64,000 nucleotides of DNA from a virus, in IMG/VR virus record IMGVR_UViG_3300020392_000005; one strand, 5' to 3'. This document shows, in pieces, positions 28,585-37,521 of the stretch (position 1 is its first letter; the number at the start of each line of letters is the position of its first letter). The notes beneath the pieces are model-generated. The model did not search any database. It was not told where the DNA came from and saw only the letters and a program-made list of their open reading frames with translations. Both the position numbers and the translations under genes were made by a program.

Positions 28585-28675
28585 TAATGTTTCCTTTTAG
28601 TTCAAAATTCGTATTATTCATACGCCCATTGCAAATTTTCTCAATCAATACTATTTATTATATGCCATTCCTACA

Positions 28676-30313
28676 CTAGTTACCTTTGCGTACAACAGGA
28701 TGCCAGACCGTTCCATACTCATCAACGGTGGGTTTTTCCTCTTCAGGAGTGCCATCATCTACGAATCCAAAAGGTGCCATATCCTGCTCTATGAGTTTTT
28801 CCTGTTCTCTATACATTTCTGCTCGTATATTTCTATCGGTCATTTCTTTAAAGTATCTTTGATTGACTAACCAACCGAATATTACGAGACAGGTCATAAG
28901 GTCATCATTACAACCTTCTTCTGCTTGCCAAGATTGATTTTTTCTGACAAAGGTTGACATTTCTTCTATAATTTTAAAATCATTGATAACAAGTTTATCT
29001 GCTTCAATGATTGCTTTGATATTTGCAGTTCCCATTTTCTTAATCTGTTTAGTCATACGAACACCTAGTTGTGAACCTCTTTGACTAAACATTGCACCTA
29101 GTATCTGACCTGCTCTACCTTTTTGAGTAGTCATTAATATATTATCATACTCTATCTCAAAGTGTAGACCATCAGATATCTGAGCGCCAATATCATTTAC
29201 TTCAACAAGTATATGTGCCTTGTTATATTGACTACATACTTTCGCAATCATTTCAGGAAACAATATTGGTTTTAATTCATTATCTCTAAATGTTGCAACT
29301 ACTCTATAAGGTAGTTGGGTTACATCATAGATTATAAACGCTGAATAATCTTTTAATGTACCACGAGCAACATCAACACAAGCAACATAAGTGTTACCTT
29401 TTATTGGTTTCTCAAAGATACTTAATCGTCCATTTGTTTGTAATGGTGTTATATACGGTGTCGCTTTAATCTTCGCAGGACTGATTAATGTATCTACTGA
29501 ACCTAAAAACTCACACTCAAATTCACTTGCGAATTGAGTAGCACTTGTATTTCTTATTGTTTCTTCTTTCCACTTTTCGTCTCTACCTGGTACTTCTGAC
29601 CAATGTACTTCCATAGGTACATAGTCATTGTTTTTATTTTCAGCGTCTACCCATAGTTTGTAAAACTGGTTCATACCATAAGGAGTAGAAACGATAATAA
29701 CTTTTGTTTTCTGACCTGAAGTAATCGTAGGATAAACAGACGAGAAAAACTGCTCAGCGATTGTAGTAGGTACGAAAGCAAACTCATCTAAAAATATTAT
29801 GTTGTATGAACCTCCTCGTATCGCACTTGAAGAAGTTGCGGCTGCAACAATTTTAGATTTGTTTTCTAATTCTATATTACCTTTGTTCCAGTTGATTACA
29901 CCTTGTTGTAACCATTTAGGTAAGTTCTCATATGCAAGTTGTAGTCTACCTAGTATATCTCTAGCAGTTGAAGACTTGTTGGCAAGTATCGCTATGTTAG
30001 AGTTAGGATTAAATATTGCATAATGTAATAAGTAAGATATGATAGTTGTAGACTTACCACTTTGTCTAGGCAACTTGTAAATAGTAAATCTATTTTTGTG
30101 CATATTAGTAATCATCTTGTCCTGAAACTTATATGTCTTAAATGGTATAAGTCCTTCGTCAAGTGAAACTATCTGTACATAGTTCTTAATAAAATATAAA
30201 GGGTCTTCTTCACACCTTTTAAATTCTACAATCTGCTCTTCTGTAAATTCAATAGGTGTATTGACTTTCTTTAAATTAGGATTACCTAGATATGCGTCTG
30301 AAAAATTATTCAT
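28676..30313 (-). CDS. gp17: terminase large subunit
   Basis: PRQSGKST, FLDEFAF, VSTPYG, DVARG, DDLMTC. Confidence 0.97.
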   Translation of the reverse strand: MNNFSDAYLGNPNLKKVNTPIEFTEEQIVEFKRCEEDPLYFIKNYVQIVSLDEGLIPFKTYKFQDKMITNMHKNRFTIYKLPRQSGKSTTIISYLLHYAIFNPNSNIAILANKSSTARDILGRLQLAYENLPKWLQQGVINWNKGNIELENKSKIVAAATSSSAIRGGSYNIIFLDEFAFVPTTIAEQFFSSVYPTITSGQKTKVIIVSTPYGMNQFYKLWVDAENKNNDYVPMEVHWSEVPGRDEKWKEETIRNTSATQFASEFECEFLGSVDTLISPAKIKATPYITPLQTNGRLSIFEKPIKGNTYVACVDVARGTLKDYSAFIIYDVTQLPYRVVATFRDNELKPILFPEMIAKVCSQYNKAHILVEVNDIGAQISDGLHFEIEYDNILMTTQKGRAGQILGAMFSQRGSQLGVRMTKQIKKMGTANIKAIIEADKLVINDFKIIEEMSTFVRKNQSWQAEEGCNDDLMTCLVIFGWLVNQRYFKEMTDRNIRAEMYREQEKLIEQDMAPFGFVDDGTPEEEKPTVDEYGTVWHPVVRKGN

Positions 30314-30761
30314 CTTTTTTCTTCTCTGGTGTAATATCTTTTATATCTTTATCTTTTATCATCTTTTGTAATTCAGTCGTACTACCTACAAATAATGCGT
30401 TCTTAATTTGAGGACTTGCACTTTTAGGTAGTTCTTTCAAGTCTTTTAATTTCTTATTTAAATCTTGTAGTTTGTCAACGGTGTCTGCTACATTTTTGAT
30501 ACCTGCTAATGCAACTTCATATGCTCTAGGGTGTTGACCTTCTTTTGCAACATCAAGTATACCTTGTATCGCCTCTTGTCCTTTTTCAATTAGATTATAA
30601 TAGTATTCTCTACTATTCTTATGGTCATTATCCACATCTTGCTTTTCTTTATCTTCTTCTCTAGCAACAGGTGGTTTAAATTCTTTTTGTTGCATAAGTT
30701 CAGCGTTAGGTTTACTTTCTACACCTAATATTTCGTTTACTCTATCTTCTAGTTTGCCCAT
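30306..30761 (-). CDS. gp16: terminase small subunit
   Basis: HPRAYEV, NALFVGSTTELQK. Confidence 0.9.
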   Translation of the reverse strand: MGKLEDRVNEILGVESKPNAELMQQKEFKPPVAREEDKEKQDVDNDHKNSREYYYNLIEKGQEAIQGILDVAKEGQHPRAYEVALAGIKNVADTVDKLQDLNKKLKDLKELPKSASPQIKNALFVGSTTELQKMIKDKDIKDITPEKKKDE

Positions 30762-30762
30762 T

Positions 30763-31380
30763 TTATCTTACCGTAAAGTTTGCGTTTAATACTATTCTCC
30801 AGTTTGAGTGAATTGGTAATGATGAAGTGTGAAATATATTACCTTTAAACATAACAGCAGTATTGTTTTTAGGTGCCACTTTTTCTCTTATTGTAAGTTG
30901 TCTATCTTTTACAAACTTACCATCAAACTTCTCATTAAAAAATACCGTATCACCATCGCTATCTTCAGGATAGTAAATTAAATTCCATTGATTATCTTCT
31001 AATCCCCATTTAGTATCATCAATATGAGGTACATTATATTGACCTTCTCTAAATCTAGGATGTGGCATTAGTAAATTAAATTTTAATCTTAATACATCAT
31101 CAACTTCGTAACCACATTTTTGAACCATAACTTTTAGAGACCTATATACACTATCATATGCAGGAGACATAGGTGTTTGTTGAATTGTTTTATTTAAAAT
31201 TAAATGTGTGAATTGCATAGTTCTAAAACTATTCTTATCGTCAACTACGCCAGGGTTGTCTCTAAACTGCTCATCATAAATGTCCTTCGCAATAAACCAA
31301 CCACAATTAAATATATTTTGTTTATACTCTATATCTAAATCATCTGGTAAAGCATTGTCTATCTTTATTATATCGTTCAT
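30763..31380 (-). CDS. 2OG-Fe(II) oxygenase
   Basis: PHID, YYPEDSDGDT, FHTSS, RIVLNANF. Confidence 0.8.
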   Translation of the reverse strand: MNDIIKIDNALPDDLDIEYKQNIFNCGWFIAKDIYDEQFRDNPGVVDDKNSFRTMQFTHLILNKTIQQTPMSPAYDSVYRSLKVMVQKCGYEVDDVLRLKFNLLMPHPRFREGQYNVPHIDDTKWGLEDNQWNLIYYPEDSDGDTVFFNEKFDGKFVKDRQLTIREKVAPKNNTAVMFKGNIFHTSSLPIHSNWRIVLNANFTVR

Positions 31381-31395
31381 CTTTTCCTCTCATAA

Positions 31396-32211
31396 TTATT
31401 CATCGCTTCCTGTTGAAGGATTATATCTCTTTATATCAGTAAAGAAATCAATAGAAGTTGTGAAACCAAAATCATCACCAGGTTTTGCACTTGCAGGATT
31501 AGGTGTGATTACTATTCTTTCATTTCTTGCTAAAGGTTCATCTGTACTAGAACCTAAATCTGTTTGTACTTTTCTTACAACACCTTGACTTGTTTGTGGA
31601 CCATATAGATAAGTCTTTGCTGTAAATGACATAGTATATATAACTGCTCTTCGTGTGTTAAAATCACCATCATAATTATCTTCGTAATTTATATCACCTA
31701 ATACAATAGGTACATCACGCTTGATATTCATTTTAGGTATCATATTAATTGTAACCGTATAATCAGGTTGAAAGAACGGAACAATCTGTTCAACTATTTG
31801 TAAACCATTTTCAGCAGTTGCTGTAAATATATAAAGTTGATATGTGATATTATAAGGCACAGGATTATAACTAAAGACCATCTTATTAGTCTGGTCACTA
31901 GAAGAACCATCTGTCTTTTGTGTTCTAATTCTTTCTATCTTATTTAATTTCCTACTTGCGTCATATTCTAAATTCGTAATCTGAAAACCCATACGAGGTA
32001 ATATAGTAGAAAATTGTTGGTCTTGTAAATCAGGTTGTTGTGTTAGTCTTACAATAAACTTTTCTTTAGGTGCATATGCTAGAGGCACTTTAAATCTTTT
32101 AACAACACTATCATTTGCGTCTTTAGTCTGTACAATGATATCATTAAATATCTGACCAAACGCAATTGTTAGTCTTCTTAAACCTTCGTTGTAAAAATGT
32201 GTACCGAACAT
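31396..32211 (-). CDS. gp15: tail sheath stabilizer/terminator
   Basis: VPLAYAPKEKF, LPRMGF, QIVEQIVPFFQP. Confidence 0.93.
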   Translation of the reverse strand: MFGTHFYNEGLRRLTIAFGQIFNDIIVQTKDANDSVVKRFKVPLAYAPKEKFIVRLTQQPDLQDQQFSTILPRMGFQITNLEYDASRKLNKIERIRTQKTDGSSSDQTNKMVFSYNPVPYNITYQLYIFTATAENGLQIVEQIVPFFQPDYTVTINMIPKMNIKRDVPIVLGDINYEDNYDGDFNTRRAVIYTMSFTAKTYLYGPQTSQGVVRKVQTDLGSSTDEPLARNERIVITPNPASAKPGDDFGFTTSIDFFTDIKRYNPSTGSDE

Positions 32212-33050
32212 TATTTAACTTCTCCAAATGGGTTAGCTTCTGTAAAGTCTAATATGTCATCTGAAACCGTTGCAGTATCAAAACCTGCTTCAGTATCTAA
32301 ATCTAAATTATCAGCGTATACAGATTTAGTTTGTATTGATGTGGCTGCGTCTCCGTCAGTTGTGATATCATCAAACTCTTCTTGTATTAAGTATTGTGGA
32401 TTACCATACTTATCACCTTGTTCTAATATCAATCTACCTGTTGAAGATGTTAAACTAAATGTGCCATCTTCTAATAAGAATTGATATTGTAAACTTGTAT
32501 CAAGTGATTTTCTATCATCTGCTGTATCAATATCAGGATGACCTGTATTAAATTCTTCACTTGAATATTCAAAAGTTTTACATCTTAATTTGTAAACTGG
32601 TAAGTTGCCTAGTTGAAAGAATGGTTCCTGGTCTTCAACAAACGCAACTTCAAAAAACTTGTTCATCAAAGGATAGTAAATTACATCACCTTCGTTAGGT
32701 CTACCATCAACCATTAGGTTTGCTGGGTCATCAACCTGTTCCATAAATCTTCTTTTCGCAACAACAAAAGTTGTATCGTCTCTAACTTCTAAACCAAACT
32801 TACTGATTATCTCTTGTTCGCCTTGGAATCCTTCAACCGTTTCAAAATACATTTCAATCAAATAACTATCATCAAACCTAGACGCAGAATCCTCACCTAA
32901 TATAAGGTCTCTATTTACTAGAGTTCTAGGTAAATAATAAACAGCGTGACCATAGATTTTTAAATTTTCTATAATTAAGTTTTCGTGCAATCGCTTTTCA
33001 GCGTCTGAACCTATGCCATCGCCGCCTTGAAAGTAATGATTAACGGCCAT
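32211..33050 (-). CDS. gp14: neck protein
   Basis: YYLPR, SKFGLEVRD, RPNEGDVIYYP, PFFQLG. Confidence 0.93.
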   Translation of the reverse strand: MAVNHYFQGGDGIGSDAEKRLHENLIIENLKIYGHAVYYLPRTLVNRDLILGEDSASRFDDSYLIEMYFETVEGFQGEQEIISKFGLEVRDDTTFVVAKRRFMEQVDDPANLMVDGRPNEGDVIYYPLMNKFFEVAFVEDQEPFFQLGNLPVYKLRCKTFEYSSEEFNTGHPDIDTADDRKSLDTSLQYQFLLEDGTFSLTSSTGRLILEQGDKYGNPQYLIQEEFDDITTDGDAATSIQTKSVYADNLDLDTEAGFDTATVSDDILDFTEANPFGEVK

Positions 33051-33057
33051 TGTTGTT

Positions 33058-33864
33058 TTATCCTATCATCATTGCTGGGTTTAACTCAAACGAATTTCTT
33101 ATTTCAGTTTCTAGTTTTTCAATGTCTTGCATTGCTTCTGAATATATTTGTTGTCCGTTTAAGGTAACACCACCAATCATTGCTACTCCATTAAATTTAG
33201 AGAGATTGGCACCCCATTGTTTTTTAATTAATTGTGTTGTGTATCTCTTTAACCAGATATCGTTATAAACATCTGTATATGTGTCTGGGTCTAATTTTCT
33301 ATATGCTTCTATTACTAAAAACTCACCTACTTGTAAATCGTTCTCCCAGTCCATATCAATGTACAATCTGTTATCGTGTTGATTAAATCTTAATGGCTTT
33401 TCTCCTACTAATATATGGTCTAAAAAATCTAATTGTCTTAAAACAATGTCATAGTTTATTACACTTGTTGATGAAAAATCATACAAGTCGTTTAATCTTA
33501 ATTGATATCTAACATCAAATAAGTTTAAGTTTCCTTTGTTTGAGAAAGGAAAGATATTAATTACAGATAATACACTTTCAGGAACAACTATAAATGAGTT
33601 GCCTTCTTTCCAAGTAGTGGTTACACTATTCTTGGTTACACCTTCAGAAGTATCTGTTAGTATTCTAGTTTTGTCAGCTTGAGTATACTGATATTTTAAA
33701 TATGTTCGTCTGATACCATCATAGTGATATTGTTGATAATATTGTAGTGCTTCGTCAACTCTATCGTCTATCTGGTCATCATCAACATTTATTTCAATAA
33801 CAGGATGCCCTAACGCTCTTTTTGCGTATGAAATTAATGTTTGTCTTGTATTAGGAGTTGCCAT
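33058..33864 (-). CDS. gp13: neck protein
   Basis: LGHPVIEINVDDDQ, KKQWGANLSKF; TATAAATA at 33888-33895. Confidence 0.93.
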   Translation of the reverse strand: MATPNTRQTLISYAKRALGHPVIEINVDDDQIDDRVDEALQYYQQYHYDGIRRTYLKYQYTQADKTRILTDTSEGVTKNSVTTTWKEGNSFIVVPESVLSVINIFPFSNKGNLNLFDVRYQLRLNDLYDFSSTSVINYDIVLRQLDFLDHILVGEKPLRFNQHDNRLYIDMDWENDLQVGEFLVIEAYRKLDPDTYTDVYNDIWLKRYTTQLIKKQWGANLSKFNGVAMIGGVTLNGQQIYSEAMQDIEKLETEIRNSFELNPAMMIG

Positions 33865-33890
33865 AGTTTATCCTCTTCTTTTAGCAATAT

Positions 33891-34091
33891 TTATAATTTC
33901 CACCAAGTACCGTCCTTAATATACTTTGAAGTTTCGTCATCTTTATCAAAATATACGCATAGGAGGGCGATAACGAGGCCTAGAGAGACTAAACCTTGCA
34001 TAAACGGACTATGTAAGAGTAAGAACCAAAGTACATCTAAACCGTTGCCACCGTCTAAAATTATCCAATCAATTTCGTCTTGCATATTCAT
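33891..34091 (-). CDS. small membrane protein
   Basis: Hydrophobic core; overlaps the ALA synthase stop. Confidence 0.5.
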   Translation of the reverse strand: MNMQDEIDWIILDGGNGLDVLWFLLLHSPFMQGLVSLGLVIALLCVYFDKDDETSKYIKDGTWWKL

Positions 34092-35281
34092 TTCTTCTTA
34101 CCACACCTCTTTAATGCAGATTTCAATTTAACGACCATATCAAATATGTGTGCGTCTGTATGAAAAGGTGTAGGTGTAAATCTTAATCTTTCTGTTCCTC
34201 TAGCAACCGTAGGCCAGTTGATAGGTTGAACATAGATACCATTCTTGTATAGTAATTCATCTGATACTGCTTTACATTTCTTTGGGTCACCTATAATAAC
34301 AGGAACAATATGACTATCGTTTTTTAAAACTTCTATACCTTGTCTTTCAATTTCTTCTTTTGTTTTCTTTGCTCGTTCCTGTAATTTTTCTCTTAATTCA
34401 GGATGGTCTTTAACATACTTAATACTAGTCAATGCACCAGCACATATCGTTGGCGATAAACTAGTTGTAAATATAAACGCACTTGCCATACTTCTTATTG
34501 CGTCTATAAACTCTCTCTTTCCTGCAATGTACCCACCTTGTACACCAAAGGCTTTTGCTAGCGTTCCGTTTATAATATCAACATCTACATTATCTCTTTC
34601 ACATATACCAGCGCCTGTCTTACCATACAGACCAACAGCGTGTACTTCATCTATAAAAGTTATTGCATTGTATTTTTTACATACATCAACAATCTCTTTT
34701 ACAGGTGCTATGTCTCCGTCCATAGAATATACACTTTCAAATACTACACATTTAGGACCAGTATTAGATTGTAAGATACTTTCTAAATCTTTTACATCAT
34801 TATGTTTAAATATCTCTTTTCTATTTTTACTATGTCTGATACCTTGTATGATTGAAGAGTGATTTTGTTCGTCTGATATAAACAACATATCAGGTATAAT
34901 CTTACCCATTGTTTCTAATGTTGTTTGATTAGCGTTATATGCTGAAGTAAATATTAAAGCACTTTCTTTATTATGTAGTATTGCAAGTTCTCTTTCTAAC
35001 GCATAGTGATAATGAGTAGTGCCTGATATATTTCTCGTACCACCTGCACCTGCACCAGCAGTTTCTAGTGCTGTTTTCATACTATCAATTACATATGAGT
35101 GTTGACCCATACCTAGATAATCGTTTGAACACCAGTTAACTATATTTTTGATTGAGTATTTTGAATACCATATGGCGTTAGGATACTCGCCACGCTTACG
35201 AATAATATCGTTAAATGTACGATATCTTCCGTCTTCTTTGTAATCTGTTATTACTTGTTGAAATTTGTCTAAATGTTCCAT
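34088..35281 (-). CDS. hemA: 5-aminolevulinate synthase (Shemin/C4 pathway)
   Basis: WCSNDYLGM, GAGAGGTRNISG, DEVHAVGLYG, GTLAKAFG, FIFTTSL; TAATG coupling with the upstream gene. Confidence 0.93.
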   Translation of the reverse strand: MEHLDKFQQVITDYKEDGRYRTFNDIIRKRGEYPNAIWYSKYSIKNIVNWCSNDYLGMGQHSYVIDSMKTALETAGAGAGGTRNISGTTHYHYALERELAILHNKESALIFTSAYNANQTTLETMGKIIPDMLFISDEQNHSSIIQGIRHSKNRKEIFKHNDVKDLESILQSNTGPKCVVFESVYSMDGDIAPVKEIVDVCKKYNAITFIDEVHAVGLYGKTGAGICERDNVDVDIINGTLAKAFGVQGGYIAGKREFIDAIRSMASAFIFTTSLSPTICAGALTSIKYVKDHPELREKLQERAKKTKEEIERQGIEVLKNDSHIVPVIIGDPKKCKAVSDELLYKNGIYVQPINWPTVARGTERLRFTPTPFHTDAHIFDMVVKLKSALKRCGKKK

Positions 35282-36012
35282 TACTTTGCATATGGAAATA
35301 ATGCGTCTGTACAAAACTCTTCAATATCTTTTTCAGGTAATCCTAATGCTTTCATTGTTCTAGGTGTATGAGGATTCTCTCTTTGAAATTTTGCGTATCT
35401 GTTTTGTGCTTCTTTTACTTCCGTCTCGCTTTTTATATTTGAATTTAAATTAAAATCTTGTTTATATCGTCTTAACAAAGTAAAGTAAGGTCCCAAATCA
35501 GTACACGCTAAACTTAATGCGTTTGTCAGTTCTTTTTCTGTATTGATATTACCTGCAGCTATCATACCTGGACTAAAAATTTCTAATGCCCAATCAGGTA
35601 ACTCTCTTACTTTTGATGGTTCGTAAGTTTTACTTTCTTCACAAAACCATTCTACCATCGGATGGTCTACTTCTCTCTTACCACTTAAAGGTGACCAATC
35701 GTGGAATAAACCAGTTACCTTATTAGGTCCTGCGATAACATCTAAACCCCATATAGGTGCTGGTGTATGAAAATGAGGTATAACAACACAATGAAACATA
35801 TATAGTTTTTTAGTTTCTCTAGCGTCAACAACATCTATATGACATCTTCTTGCTTCAGGTGTTTCCCAAACTCTATTAATCCAACCATCTTCTGGTCTAT
35901 TAAATTTTGCCATACTTTCTTCAACAATCTCTTTGCCTTCGTCATCAAACTTTGACATAAGATTTTTAGTTGCGTCTTCTAACATTTCCCATATTCTACT
36001 TCGTTGTGCCAT
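35281..36012 (-). CDS. pcyX: ferredoxin-dependent bilin reductase, PcyX/PcyA-like
   Basis: RRCHID, MFHCVVIP, PIWGLDVI, RELPDWA.EIFS, QNRYAKFQRENPHT; adjacent to heme oxygenase. Confidence 0.85.
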   Translation of the reverse strand: MAQRSRIWEMLEDATKNLMSKFDDEGKEIVEESMAKFNRPEDGWINRVWETPEARRCHIDVVDARETKKLYMFHCVVIPHFHTPAPIWGLDVIAGPNKVTGLFHDWSPLSGKREVDHPMVEWFCEESKTYEPSKVRELPDWALEIFSPGMIAAGNINTEKELTNALSLACTDLGPYFTLLRRYKQDFNLNSNIKSETEVKEAQNRYAKFQRENPHTPRTMKALGLPEKDIEEFCTDALFPYAK

Positions 36013-36655
36013 CACCAAACCTCTTTTCGTTATTCTTAATAAATTGCAACATTTCTTTAAATAAGTCAGTTGCAAAACCAAAACATTGTCTTGCTTCGTA
36101 GACAACATTGTTTACATTTTTATCTATATCGCTAGCGTCATTGTAAACATAATGACTATCTACTGCTAATCTTAATGCGTCTTTAATCTCATTTGTATCT
36201 TTGTATGTGATACCGTGTTCTGGATTCTTGTTAAATTTAAACTCATAATATTTACCAAGACCAGGTACTTTTCTTTTTATCATTTGACCACCTGATAAAT
36301 CGCCCATATGTCTAACATAAATGTGTGCCATTATCTTTTCAGGACAATCCATCAATTCTTTATTTACATAGTCAACATATTTTCTTGTACTCTCAAACAT
36401 CATAGGTTGATGAGGATAAGTCCATAGTTCATCAAAGTCTGCTTTGATAGCAGGTGCTCTTCTGATAAATGGAAAGTTATCTAATAAACCTTCTGCCATT
36501 GCAAGTGCTTCAAGTATATTATAACATTGATGTTGATTGTATAGATAGTTTGCGTATACTTCAGGATTTATTTTACCTGACATTAATATCTTAACGAAAC
36601 CTTGTCTCTCAGCTTCTTTATGATGTTCCCAAGTGAGTTCTTTAAGAGTTTTCAT
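35996..36655 (-). CDS. hemO: heme oxygenase
   Basis: LKELTWEHHKEAE (proximal His), AHIYVRHMGDLSGGQ. Confidence 0.92.
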   Translation of the reverse strand: MKTLKELTWEHHKEAERQGFVKILMSGKINPEVYANYLYNQHQCYNILEALAMAEGLLDNFPFIRRAPAIKADFDELWTYPHQPMMFESTRKYVDYVNKELMDCPEKIMAHIYVRHMGDLSGGQMIKRKVPGLGKYYEFKFNKNPEHGITYKDTNEIKDALRLAVDSHYVYNDASDIDKNVNNVVYEARQCFGFATDLFKEMLQFIKNNEKRFGDGTTK

Positions 36656-37451
36656 TAATAGGTAATCCTTGTTCTTCTTTCTTTTTCTTTTCGTCTAAAT
36701 CATCTTGTACATATTTTTTTAAATCTTCAGGCACATCTTCAAAATTCATAGTCTTAATATGTACAGCGTTTGCCATAAGACCTGCTCTCACCATTTGGTC
36801 TTCTGTCTCATCTTTATTACCGTCTGATACATTATTTTCACCAGATTTATCTTTTGACATTTCTTTTACAGCGATTGAGAACATATCTACTTTTGGTTTT
36901 ATTTCTTGCCAATATTCTTCGTGTGCTGCTAAATCACCTAATAGTTCGTGTCTATATTGCCAAGATAATTTAACTTCTTCAAGTACTTCTTCTCTTCTTT
37001 CACTATCATATGCTTTTTTAAATTCTTTTTCTATTTCTTCTACTAATACAGAAGACTTTAGATTTCTATGTATCTCACTCATCAATGCCCATAAGTGTGC
37101 AAGTATCTTTTCTCTATCATCTTTGATAGTATGTAAATGTTCTATGTAAGATTGACAAGCAAACATTACAGCAGGTTGAACATACTTGCCTTTTTCTTCT
37201 ATACCATTTAAAGGCCAATTTTTCTGATACTCTTCTCTAATAAGAGTGCCAACATATATTGGGTCTTTGTCTTTTGTGAGTTTAAGATTGTGTGCGTGAA
37301 ATTCAGTAGAGGTTATGATATTTGCCTGATTAAACAGGAAAGTACCTACAACCTCTATGTAATCTAATTTCTTTTCTTTATATCTTTCGTAGAAAGGATG
37401 ATTTTCGTATCTGGTTCTTGCTTTGTCAACAAATTCAATAACTTGTTCCAT
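36642..37451 (-). CDS. degenerate heme-oxygenase-fold protein
   Basis: FLFNQ and YIEHL...EKILAHLW align by eye with the neighbouring HemO, but the proximal His and GDLSGG are missing. Confidence 0.55.
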   Translation of the reverse strand: MEQVIEFVDKARTRYENHPFYERYKEKKLDYIEVVGTFLFNQANIITSTEFHAHNLKLTKDKDPIYVGTLIREEYQKNWPLNGIEEKGKYVQPAVMFACQSYIEHLHTIKDDREKILAHLWALMSEIHRNLKSSVLVEEIEKEFKKAYDSERREEVLEEVKLSWQYRHELLGDLAAHEEYWQEIKPKVDMFSIAVKEMSKDKSGENNVSDGNKDETEDQMVRAGLMANAVHIKTMNFEDVPEDLKKYVQDDLDEKKKKEEQGLPINENS

Positions 37452-37521
37452 TTTCACTCCAATTGTTAATATAACGACCTATCAGATATACAGCCCAACG
37501 GTCTATAATGTAATTATTTAT

